In this document: piece by piece, positions 49,629 through 60,161 of the stretch
Layout of the letters: every line of letters begins with the position of its first letter
Numbering within the stretch: the first letter of the stretch is position 1
DNA from: Candidatus Hydrogenedentota bacterium
GTDB lineage: Bacteria > Hydrogenedentota > Hydrogenedentia > Hydrogenedentales > SLHB01
NCBI GenBank assembly: GCA_029552745.1
Contig: JAKPDK010000167.1
Coordinates: 73,973 to 137,972 of the forward strand
Length of the DNA stretch: 64,000 bases
Direction: 5' to 3'
Translations under genes and position numbers: made by a program
Notes under the pieces: model-generated
The model's input: the letters and a program-made list of their open reading frames with translations, nothing else
The model's database searches: none
What the model was told of the DNA's origin: nothing

Positions 49629-51923
49629 TTAAGGTTTGAACCGGAGCGTGCCCTTTGGCGGAACCACGCGGAACTCCACCGCGTCCACTTCGCCGCGACC
49701 GCTCATGCACGTGAGCCGGTGCTCTCCTTCTTCCAGAGCCAAGAAAACCGGCGCGGTGGCCGTTGACGTTCCCACGTATCGATCGTCGACATACCAATGC
49801 ACGGGGGTTTCAGCATCAGCGGAAGATTCGAGACGAATGCGATCTCCCTGCTTTTCTCCGGTTAACACAAATTCAGCACGGTCTGCCGGAACAAGGATTC
49901 GGGCTCCGGAGACTCGCTTCACAGTGGACGATGACGGGCTTTCGTTCGGCGTCACAGGCGACTGAACATTTGCCAAGTCCCATCCTTTCGCAATACCCGG
50001 GAAACGCTCCACCGTGTGCATAAGGTTGTCCGTCCCTTGCACGGGATAGTGTACATCGCAAACGCGGTGCAAGAATTGGGAGCGGGGAAGGCTGACTTGT
50101 CTCTTGTGTTCACACCACGCCGACGCGGGCAAGCCGGACGTGGCACATACTTCTACCGAAACCAGATCATCACCGACTTCAGGCCATGCGGCGTCTGTTT
50201 TGGCTGGCAGCGCACGGAAAAGGCGTCCCGCGAGAGGCAATGCCGCTCGAGCACCCACCAACCATGTCGACGGCTTGCCATCGTTATTTCCCATCCATAC
50301 TCCCACCACATAGTGACGATTAAAGATGACCGTCCATGCATCCCGTTGTCCCGTGGAAGTCCCTGTTTTCCAACAGACGCGTGAGGTACTCCCACCGGCA
50401 GGGACCGCACTCGAGTCCAGCTCCTCCGGCAAGGTCTGTTCCAGCATCTGATACAGTTGCAAGCACACCCCACGCGAAAGTTTTCGTTGCGGCGTTGGCG
50501 CACGAACCGTAGCGATAAGCCGTAACGGCCGCCATTCCCCAAGATTCGCCACCATCGTGTAGGCTGTCGCCAGTTCTTCCAGCGTCACCTCACAGTCGCC
50601 CAGCGCAAATCCAAGCCCATAAAAATCCGCGCTGCGTTTTAGGGAACGAAACCCCATGTCGCGAAGAAATGTGTAAACCGTGTCGACACCGAGACGTTCC
50701 AAAACAAGTACGGCAGGTACATTTAACGAGCGCCGCAACGCCTCCGAAGCCGAAACGAGCCCCCGATATTTCCCATCGGCGTTTTCCGGAGCGTACAACC
50801 CATAATCTAAGGTATTGTCAAGCAGCATCTCACTACTGTACAAAACGTTCCTCTCCATGGCTGCTGCATACAAGAATGGTTTTAGGGTCGACCCGGGAGA
50901 CCGAGGCGCCCGAACTACGTCTACCTGACCGCCGCCCGGAGTCTGAAAGAAATCCGCCGACCCTACCCATGCCAAGATTTCGGCGCTTTCGGCATCGACG
51001 ACGATCGCTGCGGCATTGCCAATTTTTCCTGCATAGCCGCGAATGGTCTCTCGCAGCATGCGTTCCGCCAGGGCTTGGACGTCGGCATCCAGAGTTGTCT
51101 GCATTGTTTTACCGCCTGCTACAAACGGTTTAAGCCGTGCCGCGACATGTCGAGCATAGCCCGGGAATTCATGACGACGTACGTCGAGTGGTGTCGCAAC
51201 GGCGGCGCGGTATTCCTCTTCGTCGATGTAGCCCTCTTCTCGCATTCGCTGAAGAACATAGTCCCGACGTATCTTGGCTCGTTCCGGGTGGGCGAAAGGC
51301 ATATACGACGAAGGTGCCTTCGGTAATCCCGCTAACAAGGCGGATTCCGGCAACGTGAGTTCTCTTGCCGTTTTGCCAAAGTATCGCCTTGCCGCTGCCT
51401 CGCACCCCACAAGGTTGAGGCCGTAAGGTGCCGTGTTCAAATACGTCTGAAGAATTGTGGCTTTGTCCACATGTCGCTCGAGACGCACTGCTTGTACCGC
51501 TTGGAGAATTTTTTTCCAAAAGCCTCTTTCCGACATCAACCTTGGTTTGACGACCTGCATGGTAATCGTGGACGCCCCCGACACGACCCTACCGGAACGG
51601 AGATTCTGCCACGCCGCACGGACAATGGCGATGGGATCTATTCCCCAGTGGTCATAAAAGCGATGGTCCTCGGTTGCTAGGGTAGCATGAATAAGATACG
51701 GACTTATCTGGGATAAATCGCGTTCAAAACACCATTGATCCGCTGCATTGAGAAACGGATGAAGCAAAACACCGCGGCGATCATGAATTTCCCCCGAGCG
51801 TGGAACGGTCAGGTAAGACATAGCGTCCATAGGTAGCCAAGAAAACAGCCCCCACGCCCCCGCAAGTAGCAGAAGTCCTGTGAAAAGGATAACGCCGAGA
51901 TGTTTCCACGAGATGTGCCTCAT
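49629..51923 (-). CDS. pbpC: penicillin-binding protein 1C (GT51 transglycosylase + transpeptidase + PbpC C-terminal domain)
   Basis: GT51 motifs TLATEDHRFYDHWGID, GASTITMQVVK; transpeptidase SxxK GSTLKPF; 764 aa. Confidence 0.85.
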   Translation of the reverse strand: MRHISWKHLGVILFTGLLLLAGAWGLFSWLPMDAMSYLTVPRSGEIHDRRGVLLHPFLNAADQWCFERDLSQISPYLIHATLATEDHRFYDHWGIDPIAIVRAAWQNLRSGRVVSGASTITMQVVKPRLMSERGFWKKILQAVQAVRLERHVDKATILQTYLNTAPYGLNLVGCEAAARRYFGKTARELTLPESALLAGLPKAPSSYMPFAHPERAKIRRDYVLQRMREEGYIDEEEYRAAVATPLDVRRHEFPGYARHVAARLKPFVAGGKTMQTTLDADVQALAERMLRETIRGYAGKIGNAAAIVVDAESAEILAWVGSADFFQTPGGGQVDVVRAPRSPGSTLKPFLYAAAMERNVLYSSEMLLDNTLDYGLYAPENADGKYRGLVSASEALRRSLNVPAVLVLERLGVDTVYTFLRDMGFRSLKRSADFYGLGFALGDCEVTLEELATAYTMVANLGEWRPLRLIATVRAPTPQRKLSRGVCLQLYQMLEQTLPEELDSSAVPAGGSTSRVCWKTGTSTGQRDAWTVIFNRHYVVGVWMGNNDGKPSTWLVGARAALPLAGRLFRALPAKTDAAWPEVGDDLVSVEVCATSGLPASAWCEHKRQVSLPRSQFLHRVCDVHYPVQGTDNLMHTVERFPGIAKGWDLANVQSPVTPNESPSSSTVKRVSGARILVPADRAEFVLTGEKQGDRIRLESSADAETPVHWYVDDRYVGTSTATAPVFLALEEGEHRLTCMSGRGEVDAVEFRVVPPKGTLRFKP

Positions 51924-52005
51924 GGCAATTTATACCAAGCCACCGTTTGTCTGTGGCGCTTCGCAATCAAGAATCCATATCCCGAAACCCATGTACTTCG
52001 GGCCG

Positions 52006-52842
52006 TCACCCGATATCGCTTCTCGTGTCCCGACTGCGCCGCGGGATGGGCACATACTCCACGGTCGGCACGCGACGCATCGGCTGAGGGTACAACGACA
52101 ACAAATACATAATACTTTCCGGGATATCTGTGCGTACCGGTAGTCCCAATTCCTTTGCCTCATCGCAAGTAATAGGATGATCGTGCGTCCACGTGCCTTG
52201 AGAAAGGAGCGTGGCGATTTGCTGCGCTCGGTCAGCGTTCATCTTATCCCGCAAAAGTTCCACAACACTCCGATGAACCTGTTCCATGGCTTTGCGGGCA
52301 AGATCGGCAAGAATGAGCGTTTGATCGTCGATCTCCGCAACCGGCTTCGTATCAAGCACTTTTAGAATGGACGCCGCAGGGTATTGCCCCAGTTGAGGAT
52401 CGACGGGTCCCAACACGGCGTGAGGCGCCATAACAATTTCGTCTGCGGCAAGGGCAATCAGGGTGCCACCCGACATCGCATAATGCGGAACGAAAACCGT
52501 CACTTTCCCGGGATGGGCATGGATCGCACGGGCAATCTGCAAAGCGGCTAACACCAATCCACCAGGAGTGTGCAACACAATGTCCAGCGGCACTTCGGGG
52601 TCGGTCATGTGGATCGCCCGAATCACTTCTTCGGAATCGTCAATATCAATGTACCGAAATATCGGAAACCCCAAGAGGTTCATAGTTTCTTGGCGATGAA
52701 TCAGAAGAATTACGCGGGAATTACGTTCCCGTTCGATACGACTCAATATGCGCTGTCGGGAACTCTCCAAGAGTTTTTGGCGTACCACCGGTTGGATGGC
52801 GGTCAACATAAAGAACAACCAAAGCAGATCGAGAAAACCCAT
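52006..52842 (-). CDS. ClpP-fold serine protease, SDH (serine dehydrogenase proteinase)/SppA-like family, membrane anchored
   Basis: N-terminal TM; LHTPGG...YAMSGGTLIALAADEIVM core. Confidence 0.65.
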   Translation of the reverse strand: MGFLDLLWLFFMLTAIQPVVRQKLLESSRQRILSRIERERNSRVILLIHRQETMNLLGFPIFRYIDIDDSEEVIRAIHMTDPEVPLDIVLHTPGGLVLAALQIARAIHAHPGKVTVFVPHYAMSGGTLIALAADEIVMAPHAVLGPVDPQLGQYPAASILKVLDTKPVAEIDDQTLILADLARKAMEQVHRSVVELLRDKMNADRAQQIATLLSQGTWTHDHPITCDEAKELGLPVRTDIPESIMYLLSLYPQPMRRVPTVEYVPIPRRSRDTRSDIG

Positions 52843-52871
52843 AGATTTGTCTCCTGCGTGCTAGCGGGCAA

Positions 52872-53618
52872 TCAACGATATCCAGCCCAAGGCCAAGCCC
52901 CTTCAACACCATATTCGTCAATGAAAAACGGCCGTCTTGCCGGCTGCCGAATCAGAAACAACCGATGCAAAAACACCCCAGCTAAAAACCCGCCCACGTG
53001 CGCCCACCAGGCAATACCGCCACATTCCTGTGCCGTCAACAAACACAACGTACCACTGAAAAACTGCGAGAAAAACCACAACAACAGAAAGAAAAACGCT
53101 GGAATCTCTATAAAGAACGGCAGGAAAAATATCGGAATAAGGCAGATAATGCGCGCACGAGGATAGAGAAAGAAATACGCCCCCAACACGCCCGCAATGG
53201 CGCCCGACGCGCCAATTGCAGGAACCGTTGACCCCGGATTCGTCACCACATGGGCAATTCCAGCAATTACCCCACACGTCAAGTAAAAGAGAAGAAAACG
53301 CGCGGGACCCATACGGTCTTCCACATTGTCCCCAAAAATCCACAACGTCCAGAGGTTACTGATGATATGCAACCAACCTCCATGCAGAAACGTCATCGTC
53401 AAAAAAGACGCCAACCCAATTCCCGGAAAACCCACGTGAGCCGCCCAGCCCGGCTGCGTGTACCGTCGCGGCACCACCCCCAGCAAATACACCACACGTG
53501 CCAGCTGCTGATCGGAAAGCCTTAATTGCAGCACAAAAACAACAATGGTCAGCCCCATGATCGACCACATCGCCAACGGCGGCGTTCGGCTGGGCACATT
53601 ATCTCGAATGGGCAACAT
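52872..53618 (-). CDS. rhomboid-family intramembrane serine protease
   Basis: 6-TM; GASGAIAGVLGAYF (catalytic Ser), His in AHVGGFLAG. Confidence 0.85.
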   Translation of the reverse strand: MLPIRDNVPSRTPPLAMWSIMGLTIVVFVLQLRLSDQQLARVVYLLGVVPRRYTQPGWAAHVGFPGIGLASFLTMTFLHGGWLHIISNLWTLWIFGDNVEDRMGPARFLLFYLTCGVIAGIAHVVTNPGSTVPAIGASGAIAGVLGAYFFLYPRARIICLIPIFFLPFFIEIPAFFFLLLWFFSQFFSGTLCLLTAQECGGIAWWAHVGGFLAGVFLHRLFLIRQPARRPFFIDEYGVEGAWPWAGYR

Positions 53619-53887
53619 AGTGGTTCACCCGTTACGCATGCTCTGTTTCCAGTTCATTGTCATTATAGCCCCGCATGTCAGAATTATCCACACGTGTATT
53701 GGCATAATGGACGGTTGCGCAACTCATCGTTGATTGCACACCCGAGCGGGCATCCATATCAACCCTTGTGGATACGACGATGCCACCGCCCCTAAAAATT
53801 GCGTGACGTAAAAGTACCCTTTCCTTTGCGTTTGGTGTTCAACATCGGCATTGCCCCGGGGTGTCCCAAAGAACGAAACCCGTTGCG

Positions 53888-53947
53888 CTACACCACCCAC
53901 CTTGTCATTGCGAGGAGTGCCGTGAGGCACGACGTGGCAATCCCCGC
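53888..53947. repeat. single forward 48-bp repeat module
   Basis: TTGTCATTGCGAGGAGTGCCGTGAGGCACGACGTGGCAATCCCC. Confidence 0.7.
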
Positions 53948-54171
53948 GGGTCTCAGGGATATAACGCGGAGTCGGGATAAAGCGCACGGCAGTGCGCCCC
54001 TGGGGAAGGCGCGGGGGTTACAGGGAATGCCTCCGTTTTTCAGGAGTTCTGGGAATGGGTATACTGGATGGTATGGGACAGGAGATATCTTCATACGAAG
54101 AAGGTTTTTCTTTTTTTGTTCGCTGGTGGAACAGATTGGCGCGCCGTGTCCGCTGGATAGTAAAGGGGACG

Positions 54172-55008
54172 ATGGGTGGGAGACGGCGATTACTTGTCGA
54201 GATTTGCTGGCGTCTCGGAGACGAGGTGATGGCGTTGCCTGTCTATGAGGCATTGAAGAAGCAGTATCCGGATATCATCCTCGGGGTGCAATGCCACTAC
54301 CCGGACCTATTGTTAGATAATCCTTTTGTTGACGAGATCAACCCAAAAGACATGGAGCCCGACCGCTACATCTTCTTGAGGCACGCGGACCGCACCTTGT
54401 ATCGTCCCGAAGCCTATGCGAGGGCGGCTGGCGTGCCCCTTCCTCTTTCCCGTCCTCAGCTCTATTATGCCGACTGGTCGTGTCGTTTTGTACAAGAACT
54501 TCTCATTGGAACGGATCCCCATAAACCATGGGTTGCCGTTTCAACCGGCGCGTCATGGAAAATTAAAGAATGGCGCATAGAATATTGGCAACGACTGTGT
54601 GCTTTGTTGAGGGCACAAGGGTTTCACGTGGTTCAACTGGGCACTTCGGAGCCGGTGTTGGACGGAGTAGTAGACCTCGTGGGAAAAACATCCGTGCGCG
54701 AAGCGGCGTGCGTCTTGCACCACGTTCATCTTTATGTGGGCTGCGACTCAGGCTTGATGCACTTGGCACGTGCCGTGGGGACGCCTACCGTCGCCCTGTT
54801 CGGTCCCACCGACCCTGACATTCTGATTCGAAACGATCCGGGATTTTTCCCCATACGTGCGATGTGTGACTGTTTTGGCTGTTGGAATCGGGGTTTGTCA
54901 AAGCAGCCGGGCGAATGTATTCGAAACCAGCCGTCGTGTCTCGATACAATCCTCCCGGAGCAGGTAGCGGAACAAGTATTCCGCATTCTTTCCGAGTCAA
55001 AAGGCTGA
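54172..55008 (+). CDS. GT9-family glycosyltransferase (ADP-heptose:LPS heptosyltransferase-like)
   Basis: RLGDEVMALPV N-terminus, C-terminal GKTSVREAACVL..LYVGCDSGLMHLARAVGTPTVALFGPTDP. Confidence 0.8.
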   Translation: MGGRRRLLVEICWRLGDEVMALPVYEALKKQYPDIILGVQCHYPDLLLDNPFVDEINPKDMEPDRYIFLRHADRTLYRPEAYARAAGVPLPLSRPQLYYADWSCRFVQELLIGTDPHKPWVAVSTGASWKIKEWRIEYWQRLCALLRAQGFHVVQLGTSEPVLDGVVDLVGKTSVREAACVLHHVHLYVGCDSGLMHLARAVGTPTVALFGPTDPDILIRNDPGFFPIRAMCDCFGCWNRGLSKQPGECIRNQPSCLDTILPEQVAEQVFRILSESKG

Positions 55009-55010
55009 AT

Positions 55011-56063
55011 ATGCAGGCCCTTTTCCTCACGTTATATCCAGAGTCTGCGGCGAGTTCGCGTTATCGCGTGGGCCAGTTTGTACCATTCCTGAGTCAGTTC
55101 GGTATAGAATGTAGTGTCGCAGCGGCACTTTCTGAAGTTCAGTATGCAAGGTACAAGAGACAGGGTGCATGGTTCGGAGCGCTGCGATACCACGTTACCG
55201 AATTATCACGACGGGTGGGGCAGCTTGTTAGGGCGAGGCAATACGATGTCGTCGTGGTGCAAAAGGCGTTGTTATCCGTTTACTTGAAGGGTATGCCTGC
55301 TCTTTTACGTCGGTATGCGCGTCGGATTGTGTATGACATAGACGACGCGGTGCATTTGGTGTCTCCAAACCCTGTACCTCTATATTGGCGGTGGTGGGAA
55401 GACAAAGAACAAATTCTCAAGATTTTCGGTATGTCTGACCTTGTTTTGGCGGGAAATCATTGGCTGAAAACGGAAGCGGAACGCTGCGGGGCGCGCGCCG
55501 TCTTGTTCCCGACCGTAGTGGACGCCGAACGTTTTGTGCCCGCCGCGTATGGAAGCGCGGAGCCCTACACCGTTGGTTGGTTAGGAAGCCCGAGCACAAC
55601 GCCGTCTTTGTCCGTTATCGGCGCCGACCTATCCCTTTTGGAGAACGTGCGATTAGTACTAATGGGTGCAGACCCGAGTAAGGTGTCGTGGGAAAAAGCG
55701 GAAATCGTTCCCTGGTCACTGGAGTCGGAAGTGCCCTTTGTTCAACGCCTCTCGGTCGGATTAATGCCGTTGGAACGGAGCGATTGGTCTCGAGGAAAAT
55801 GCGGTTTGAAGGCGATTCAATACATGGCGTGCGGTGTACCGTGTGTCGCAACACCTTTTGGAGCGGCGCTCGATATCATCCGACATGGGGAAACAGGATT
55901 CTTCGCAGATTCCGCCCACGAGTGGATTCACGCGGTAGAACGATTGCGCGATCCGGTATTACGGCGACAAATGGGGGAGGCGGCGCGGGCGGATGTCGAA
56001 AAGAGGTTTTCGTTGAAAAAAGCAATTCCGGAGATGGCAACGTGGCTAAATGCTGTAGCTTAA
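55011..56063 (+). CDS. GT4-family glycosyltransferase
   Basis: C-terminal LMPLE..GKCGLKAIQYMACGVPCVATPFG..IIRHGETGF. Confidence 0.8.
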   Translation: MQALFLTLYPESAASSRYRVGQFVPFLSQFGIECSVAAALSEVQYARYKRQGAWFGALRYHVTELSRRVGQLVRARQYDVVVVQKALLSVYLKGMPALLRRYARRIVYDIDDAVHLVSPNPVPLYWRWWEDKEQILKIFGMSDLVLAGNHWLKTEAERCGARAVLFPTVVDAERFVPAAYGSAEPYTVGWLGSPSTTPSLSVIGADLSLLENVRLVLMGADPSKVSWEKAEIVPWSLESEVPFVQRLSVGLMPLERSDWSRGKCGLKAIQYMACGVPCVATPFGAALDIIRHGETGFFADSAHEWIHAVERLRDPVLRRQMGEAARADVEKRFSLKKAIPEMATWLNAVA

Positions 56064-57190
56064 AACGCGTATGCTTTGTGATTCCGACACTGGAGAAAGG
56101 GGGAACGGAACGTCAACTGATGTATTTGGCGCGGGGGCTAGCACAAGACCATGAAGTGACGGTGTATTGTACCCGTCGAGAGGGACATTGGGGCAAAATA
56201 CTGCGGGAAGCCGGCGTTTTTGTGCAAGTGGTACAAAGTTTTCGCCTTCCCGGAGGTTATTGTCCGTTTCAAGCTGCGAGGTTCTCGCATCTCTTTCGCA
56301 AACACAGGCCTGACATCTTGCAAACGTTTTTGTTTGGGTTCGATCTGCCAGTAAACCGTGCGGCGCGCAACACAGGGGTACCGGTCGTCATTTCCAGTCG
56401 GCGTGAACTTGCCGCCTGGCAGAAATCCCGCCATCTCGCTCAGCAAGTACGTGCCAACGAGCTGGTGGATTGTGTTGTGGCGAATAGCCGCGCAGTGGCG
56501 GATTTTGCGATTGCCCAGGAAGGACTTCCCCCGGAACGCGTGCGAGTTATTTACAATGGAGTGGATGTGGCGGCGTTTTCCACGCCAAAGGAGGGGGAAG
56601 ACGTCCGACAACGCCTAAAAATTCCCCCTACGGTACAAGTAGTGGGCATGGTAGCCAATCTTAGTCCGGTGAAAGATCACGAACTCTTCTTGCACGCCGC
56701 CGCTCATTTGGCACAACAAAAGCCGAACGTTCATTTTCTTTTGGTGGGTGAAGGACCTCTAAGGGGTACCATCCTACGACAAGCCCGGCGACTCAGACTC
56801 AAAAAACGTCTCACTCTGGCAAGCGCAGCCGAAGTATCCGCATCATGGTACGCGGCAATGGACCTCGTCGTGCTGTGTTCTAAGAACGAAGGATTTCCGA
56901 ACGCATTATTGGAAGCCATGGCAGCAGGGAGACCGGTGGTAGCGGCCGCCGTCGGTGGTATACCGGAACTTGTGGAAGATGGGGTCACAGGACATTTGAT
57001 AAGGTCTCGGAGTCCGGAAGATTTTGCCACTGCCATGCGGGAAATCTTGGAAAGCCCCGAAAAGGCTGACCGCATGGGGACGCTGGCGGCGGAGCGGGCA
57101 CGCACCACGTTTTCCCTCGAAAAAATGATTTCGGCATACCGCGAGCTCTATAACGAACTTCTGGTGCGTTCCATTCGGATAGGAGTATAA
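56042..57190 (+). CDS. GT4-family glycosyltransferase (start approximate; GTG 56042 or 56078)
   Basis: RVCFVIPTLEKGGTERQL N-terminus; VLCSKNEGFPNALLEAMAAGRPVVAAAVGGIPELVEDGVTGHL. Confidence 0.75.
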   Translation: MAKCCSLKRVCFVIPTLEKGGTERQLMYLARGLAQDHEVTVYCTRREGHWGKILREAGVFVQVVQSFRLPGGYCPFQAARFSHLFRKHRPDILQTFLFGFDLPVNRAARNTGVPVVISSRRELAAWQKSRHLAQQVRANELVDCVVANSRAVADFAIAQEGLPPERVRVIYNGVDVAAFSTPKEGEDVRQRLKIPPTVQVVGMVANLSPVKDHELFLHAAAHLAQQKPNVHFLLVGEGPLRGTILRQARRLRLKKRLTLASAAEVSASWYAAMDLVVLCSKNEGFPNALLEAMAAGRPVVAAAVGGIPELVEDGVTGHLIRSRSPEDFATAMREILESPEKADRMGTLAAERARTTFSLEKMISAYRELYNELLVRSIRIGV

Positions 57191-57193
57191 CCG

Positions 57194-59095
57194 GTGTGTG
57201 GGATTTGCGGCATTATCCATCCAACACCTTCCCGCCTCGTTGATGAGACGACACTTGCCGCAATGAACCGTGCTATGCAACACCGGGGCCCAAACGACGA
57301 GGGGGTTTGGGTCGGAGGTCATGTCGGTCTTGCCATGCGTCGGTTGAGCGTGATCGATGTCTTTCGTGGTCGACAACCGATGCAGAACGAGCAGGGCACG
57401 GTTATCTTGGTCTTTAACGGCGAAATCTACAATTACAAGACGCTGCGCGCCGATCTTGAGTCGAAAGGTCATACGTTCCACACATTAAGCGACACGGAAG
57501 TTATCCTGCGCGCTTACGAAGAGTTTGGCGAGGACTGCCTGCACCATTTCAATGGGATGTTTGCCTTCGCCCTATATGACAAGTCCCATGACCGTCTTTT
57601 GATAGCGCGCGACCGACTCGGTATTAAGCCGCTTTACTATACCTTTTCGGAAGGCTCGTTGATTTTTGCCTCAGAACTCGACCCATTAGTACGCGGCGGT
57701 TTCGTTTCCGGAGAAATCGATCCGGCAGCGTTGGACGCCTACTTCACGTATCTGTTCGTTCCCAGTCCGGCGACCATTTTTTCGGGGGTATACAAACTAG
57801 CGCCCGGGGAAAAGCTCATCTACTCGCGCGGACAATGGAGGGTTGAGAAATACTGGTCATTAGAATATCGAATCAATCCTGCCTGGACGTTAGCCTCCGC
57901 CGCCGACGAGTACTTGCATTTACTCACCGATGCTGTGACGAGGCAACGCGTCAGCGATGTGCCGCTCGGGGCCTTGTTAAGTGGGGGCGTGGATTCCAGT
58001 TCAGTAGTGGCACTCCTTAGCCGAGAGATATCGGCACCGATTAAGACGTTTACGGTGGGATTCAGCGATGCCGCCTACGATGAGCTTCGTTATGCGCGGA
58101 TTGCCGCACAGACCTTTGGCACAGACCATACGGAGACCGTTTTAGAAGCAGACGTCAAAGACATGATTCCCAATCTGATTCCCCATTTTGGGGAACCATT
58201 TGCGGATTCGTCCGCGTTACCTACGTGGTTGATTGCGAAGGTTGCACGTCAGCATGTGACCGTCGCTCTGGCGGGGGACGGTGGCGATGAACTTTTTGCT
58301 GGCTACACCTGGACGCATATGACACGGCGCGTGGAACAGTACAGCCGATTGCCACGCTGGGCGCGCCACGTTTTGGAGGCCCTTCTCTTTCTGGCGCCTC
58401 GTCACCCGTTTATCTCCCGAATGCGCCGGTTCAGCAAAGATTCTTTCCGCCCACCAGAAGATGTTTTTCGCCGTCGTCACACGTGTTTCGGGGGCGAAAT
58501 GCGCTCGAAATTGTACAATGCGGACACGGCGCGGGCAGTCGCCTATGCTGCGGTAGACTTCTTTCAACAGCATATGGACCGAGTCGACGGACTCTCTTTT
58601 CCTGACAAAATGCTCTACCATGACACCGTCATGTACTTGCCGGACGATATCTTGACCAAAGTAGACCGAATGAGTATGGCGCATTCTTTGGAGGTGCGAG
58701 TCCCCATTCTGGACCATCGCATCGTCGAATTTGCAGCAACGGTACCCTTTCCGCTGAAATACAGAGGGAACATTTCCAAACGCCTTGTCAAACATGCCTT
58801 TCGAAACATACTTCCACCAGAATTGCTGAAACAGCGGAAACAAGGATTTGCCGTGCCGATTCACCGATGGTTCCGCAAAGAGTTGTTGGAACATTTTGAT
58901 ACAACGGCGCTTGCACCGGACGCACGGCTCCGTCGTTTCCTAAATCCCCAAGCGGTAGCCAAACTGAGAGATAGCCATATAGCGGGAAGAGAGAACTACG
59001 GGCATCACCTTTGGGCAATCTTGGTGTTTGAGCACTGGCTTCGCTATCTCGAGACGTTACCGAAAGTTGTCCCTTATGTACCACAGAAGGTATAA
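57194..59095 (+). CDS. asnB: asparagine synthetase B-like glutamine amidotransferase (glycan-cluster AsnB/WbpS type)
   Basis: MCGICG N-terminal Cys nucleophile, SGGVDSS PP-loop. Confidence 0.9.
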   Translation: MCGICGIIHPTPSRLVDETTLAAMNRAMQHRGPNDEGVWVGGHVGLAMRRLSVIDVFRGRQPMQNEQGTVILVFNGEIYNYKTLRADLESKGHTFHTLSDTEVILRAYEEFGEDCLHHFNGMFAFALYDKSHDRLLIARDRLGIKPLYYTFSEGSLIFASELDPLVRGGFVSGEIDPAALDAYFTYLFVPSPATIFSGVYKLAPGEKLIYSRGQWRVEKYWSLEYRINPAWTLASAADEYLHLLTDAVTRQRVSDVPLGALLSGGVDSSSVVALLSREISAPIKTFTVGFSDAAYDELRYARIAAQTFGTDHTETVLEADVKDMIPNLIPHFGEPFADSSALPTWLIAKVARQHVTVALAGDGGDELFAGYTWTHMTRRVEQYSRLPRWARHVLEALLFLAPRHPFISRMRRFSKDSFRPPEDVFRRRHTCFGGEMRSKLYNADTARAVAYAAVDFFQQHMDRVDGLSFPDKMLYHDTVMYLPDDILTKVDRMSMAHSLEVRVPILDHRIVEFAATVPFPLKYRGNISKRLVKHAFRNILPPELLKQRKQGFAVPIHRWFRKELLEHFDTTALAPDARLRRFLNPQAVAKLRDSHIAGRENYGHHLWAILVFEHWLRYLETLPKVVPYVPQKV

Positions 59096-59097
59096 CG

Positions 59098-60105
59098 TTG
59101 GTGCCGTCTTCACGGCATGCAACCATAAAAATACAGGATTGCGAGAGGTCAGTTTTGAGCAAAAAGGAAGTACCCGTCACGGTCCTTATGTGCGTTTACA
59201 ACGCCGAAAGGTTTCTCGTGCCCGCGGTGGATAGTGTCTTGTCGCAGACATTCGAAGATTTTGAATTTCTGATTATCGACGACGGCTCAAGCCGCCGTTC
59301 GAAGGAAATACTGAAGCGTTTCGCGGCGCTTGATTCCCGTATTCGGTTGATTTCTCGGGAAAACCGCGGCTTTGTTGTTTCGCTGAACGAAGGACTCCAA
59401 GAGGCAAGAGGGAAGTGGATCATGCGCCTCGATCACGATGACATTGCCACGCCGGAACGCCTTGAAAAACAACTGGCGTATCTGGAGCGTCATCCGGAAT
59501 GCGTCGTGCTCGGGGGCGCCTTTGATTACATCGATGACAAAGGACGTTTGCTCACCACGATCTACCCGCCAGAGGATAATGATACCATTCAACAGATGCT
59601 GCTTGCAGGACATAATGCCCTGTGCGATTCGACGCTGATATTTCATCGGGACCTAGCACGTCAAGTAGGGGGGTATCGTTTAGAGATGATTTTAGCAGAG
59701 GACCTTGACCTATGGCTGCGAATGAGCGAACACGGTCAGGTGGCGAATCTACCAGACGTGCTATGCCAATATCGGCTTCACACCCGTTCCTTAAGCGGCG
59801 CTCATCATGAACGTCAGCGTGAAGTCATGCGTAAAGCCTGTGAGGAAGCATGGGCACGGCGAGGCATAACCGGACATTTTGAAGCCGAAGAACCTTGGCG
59901 CCCATCACCTGACCGTTCGTCACGGCTACGTTTTGATTTGATGTATGGCTGGTGGGCGTTCAATAGTGGGGAACGTCGAACGGCTGCTGTCTACGGTTGT
60001 CGGGCGATCAGCACGATGCCCTGGCGCGCGGATGGATATCGGTTGTTGGCTTGTGCTCTGCTGAAACGTAGCAAAGCCAACTCCGACCGACAAGCCTCGA
60101 CATAA
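59098..60105 (+). CDS. GT2-family glycosyltransferase
   Basis: VLMCVYNAERFL, IIDDGSSRRS, DHDD (DxD); start may be TTG 59155. Confidence 0.8.
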   Translation: MVPSSRHATIKIQDCERSVLSKKEVPVTVLMCVYNAERFLVPAVDSVLSQTFEDFEFLIIDDGSSRRSKEILKRFAALDSRIRLISRENRGFVVSLNEGLQEARGKWIMRLDHDDIATPERLEKQLAYLERHPECVVLGGAFDYIDDKGRLLTTIYPPEDNDTIQQMLLAGHNALCDSTLIFHRDLARQVGGYRLEMILAEDLDLWLRMSEHGQVANLPDVLCQYRLHTRSLSGAHHERQREVMRKACEEAWARRGITGHFEAEEPWRPSPDRSSRLRFDLMYGWWAFNSGERRTAAVYGCRAISTMPWRADGYRLLACALLKRSKANSDRQAST

Positions 60106-60161
60106 GACATTTATGCCGATTTCTTCGATAAAAAAGTCAAACGGTATTCCTAGGAAATCCC

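Noticed and set aside
55688-56041. N-terminal extension of the third glycosyltransferase ORF (500 aa), and the 54882 extension of the second
   Set aside because: The extensions overlap the preceding genes out of frame. GT4 homology starts at RVCFVIPTLEKGG (~56042-56078) and at MQALFL (55011) respectively.
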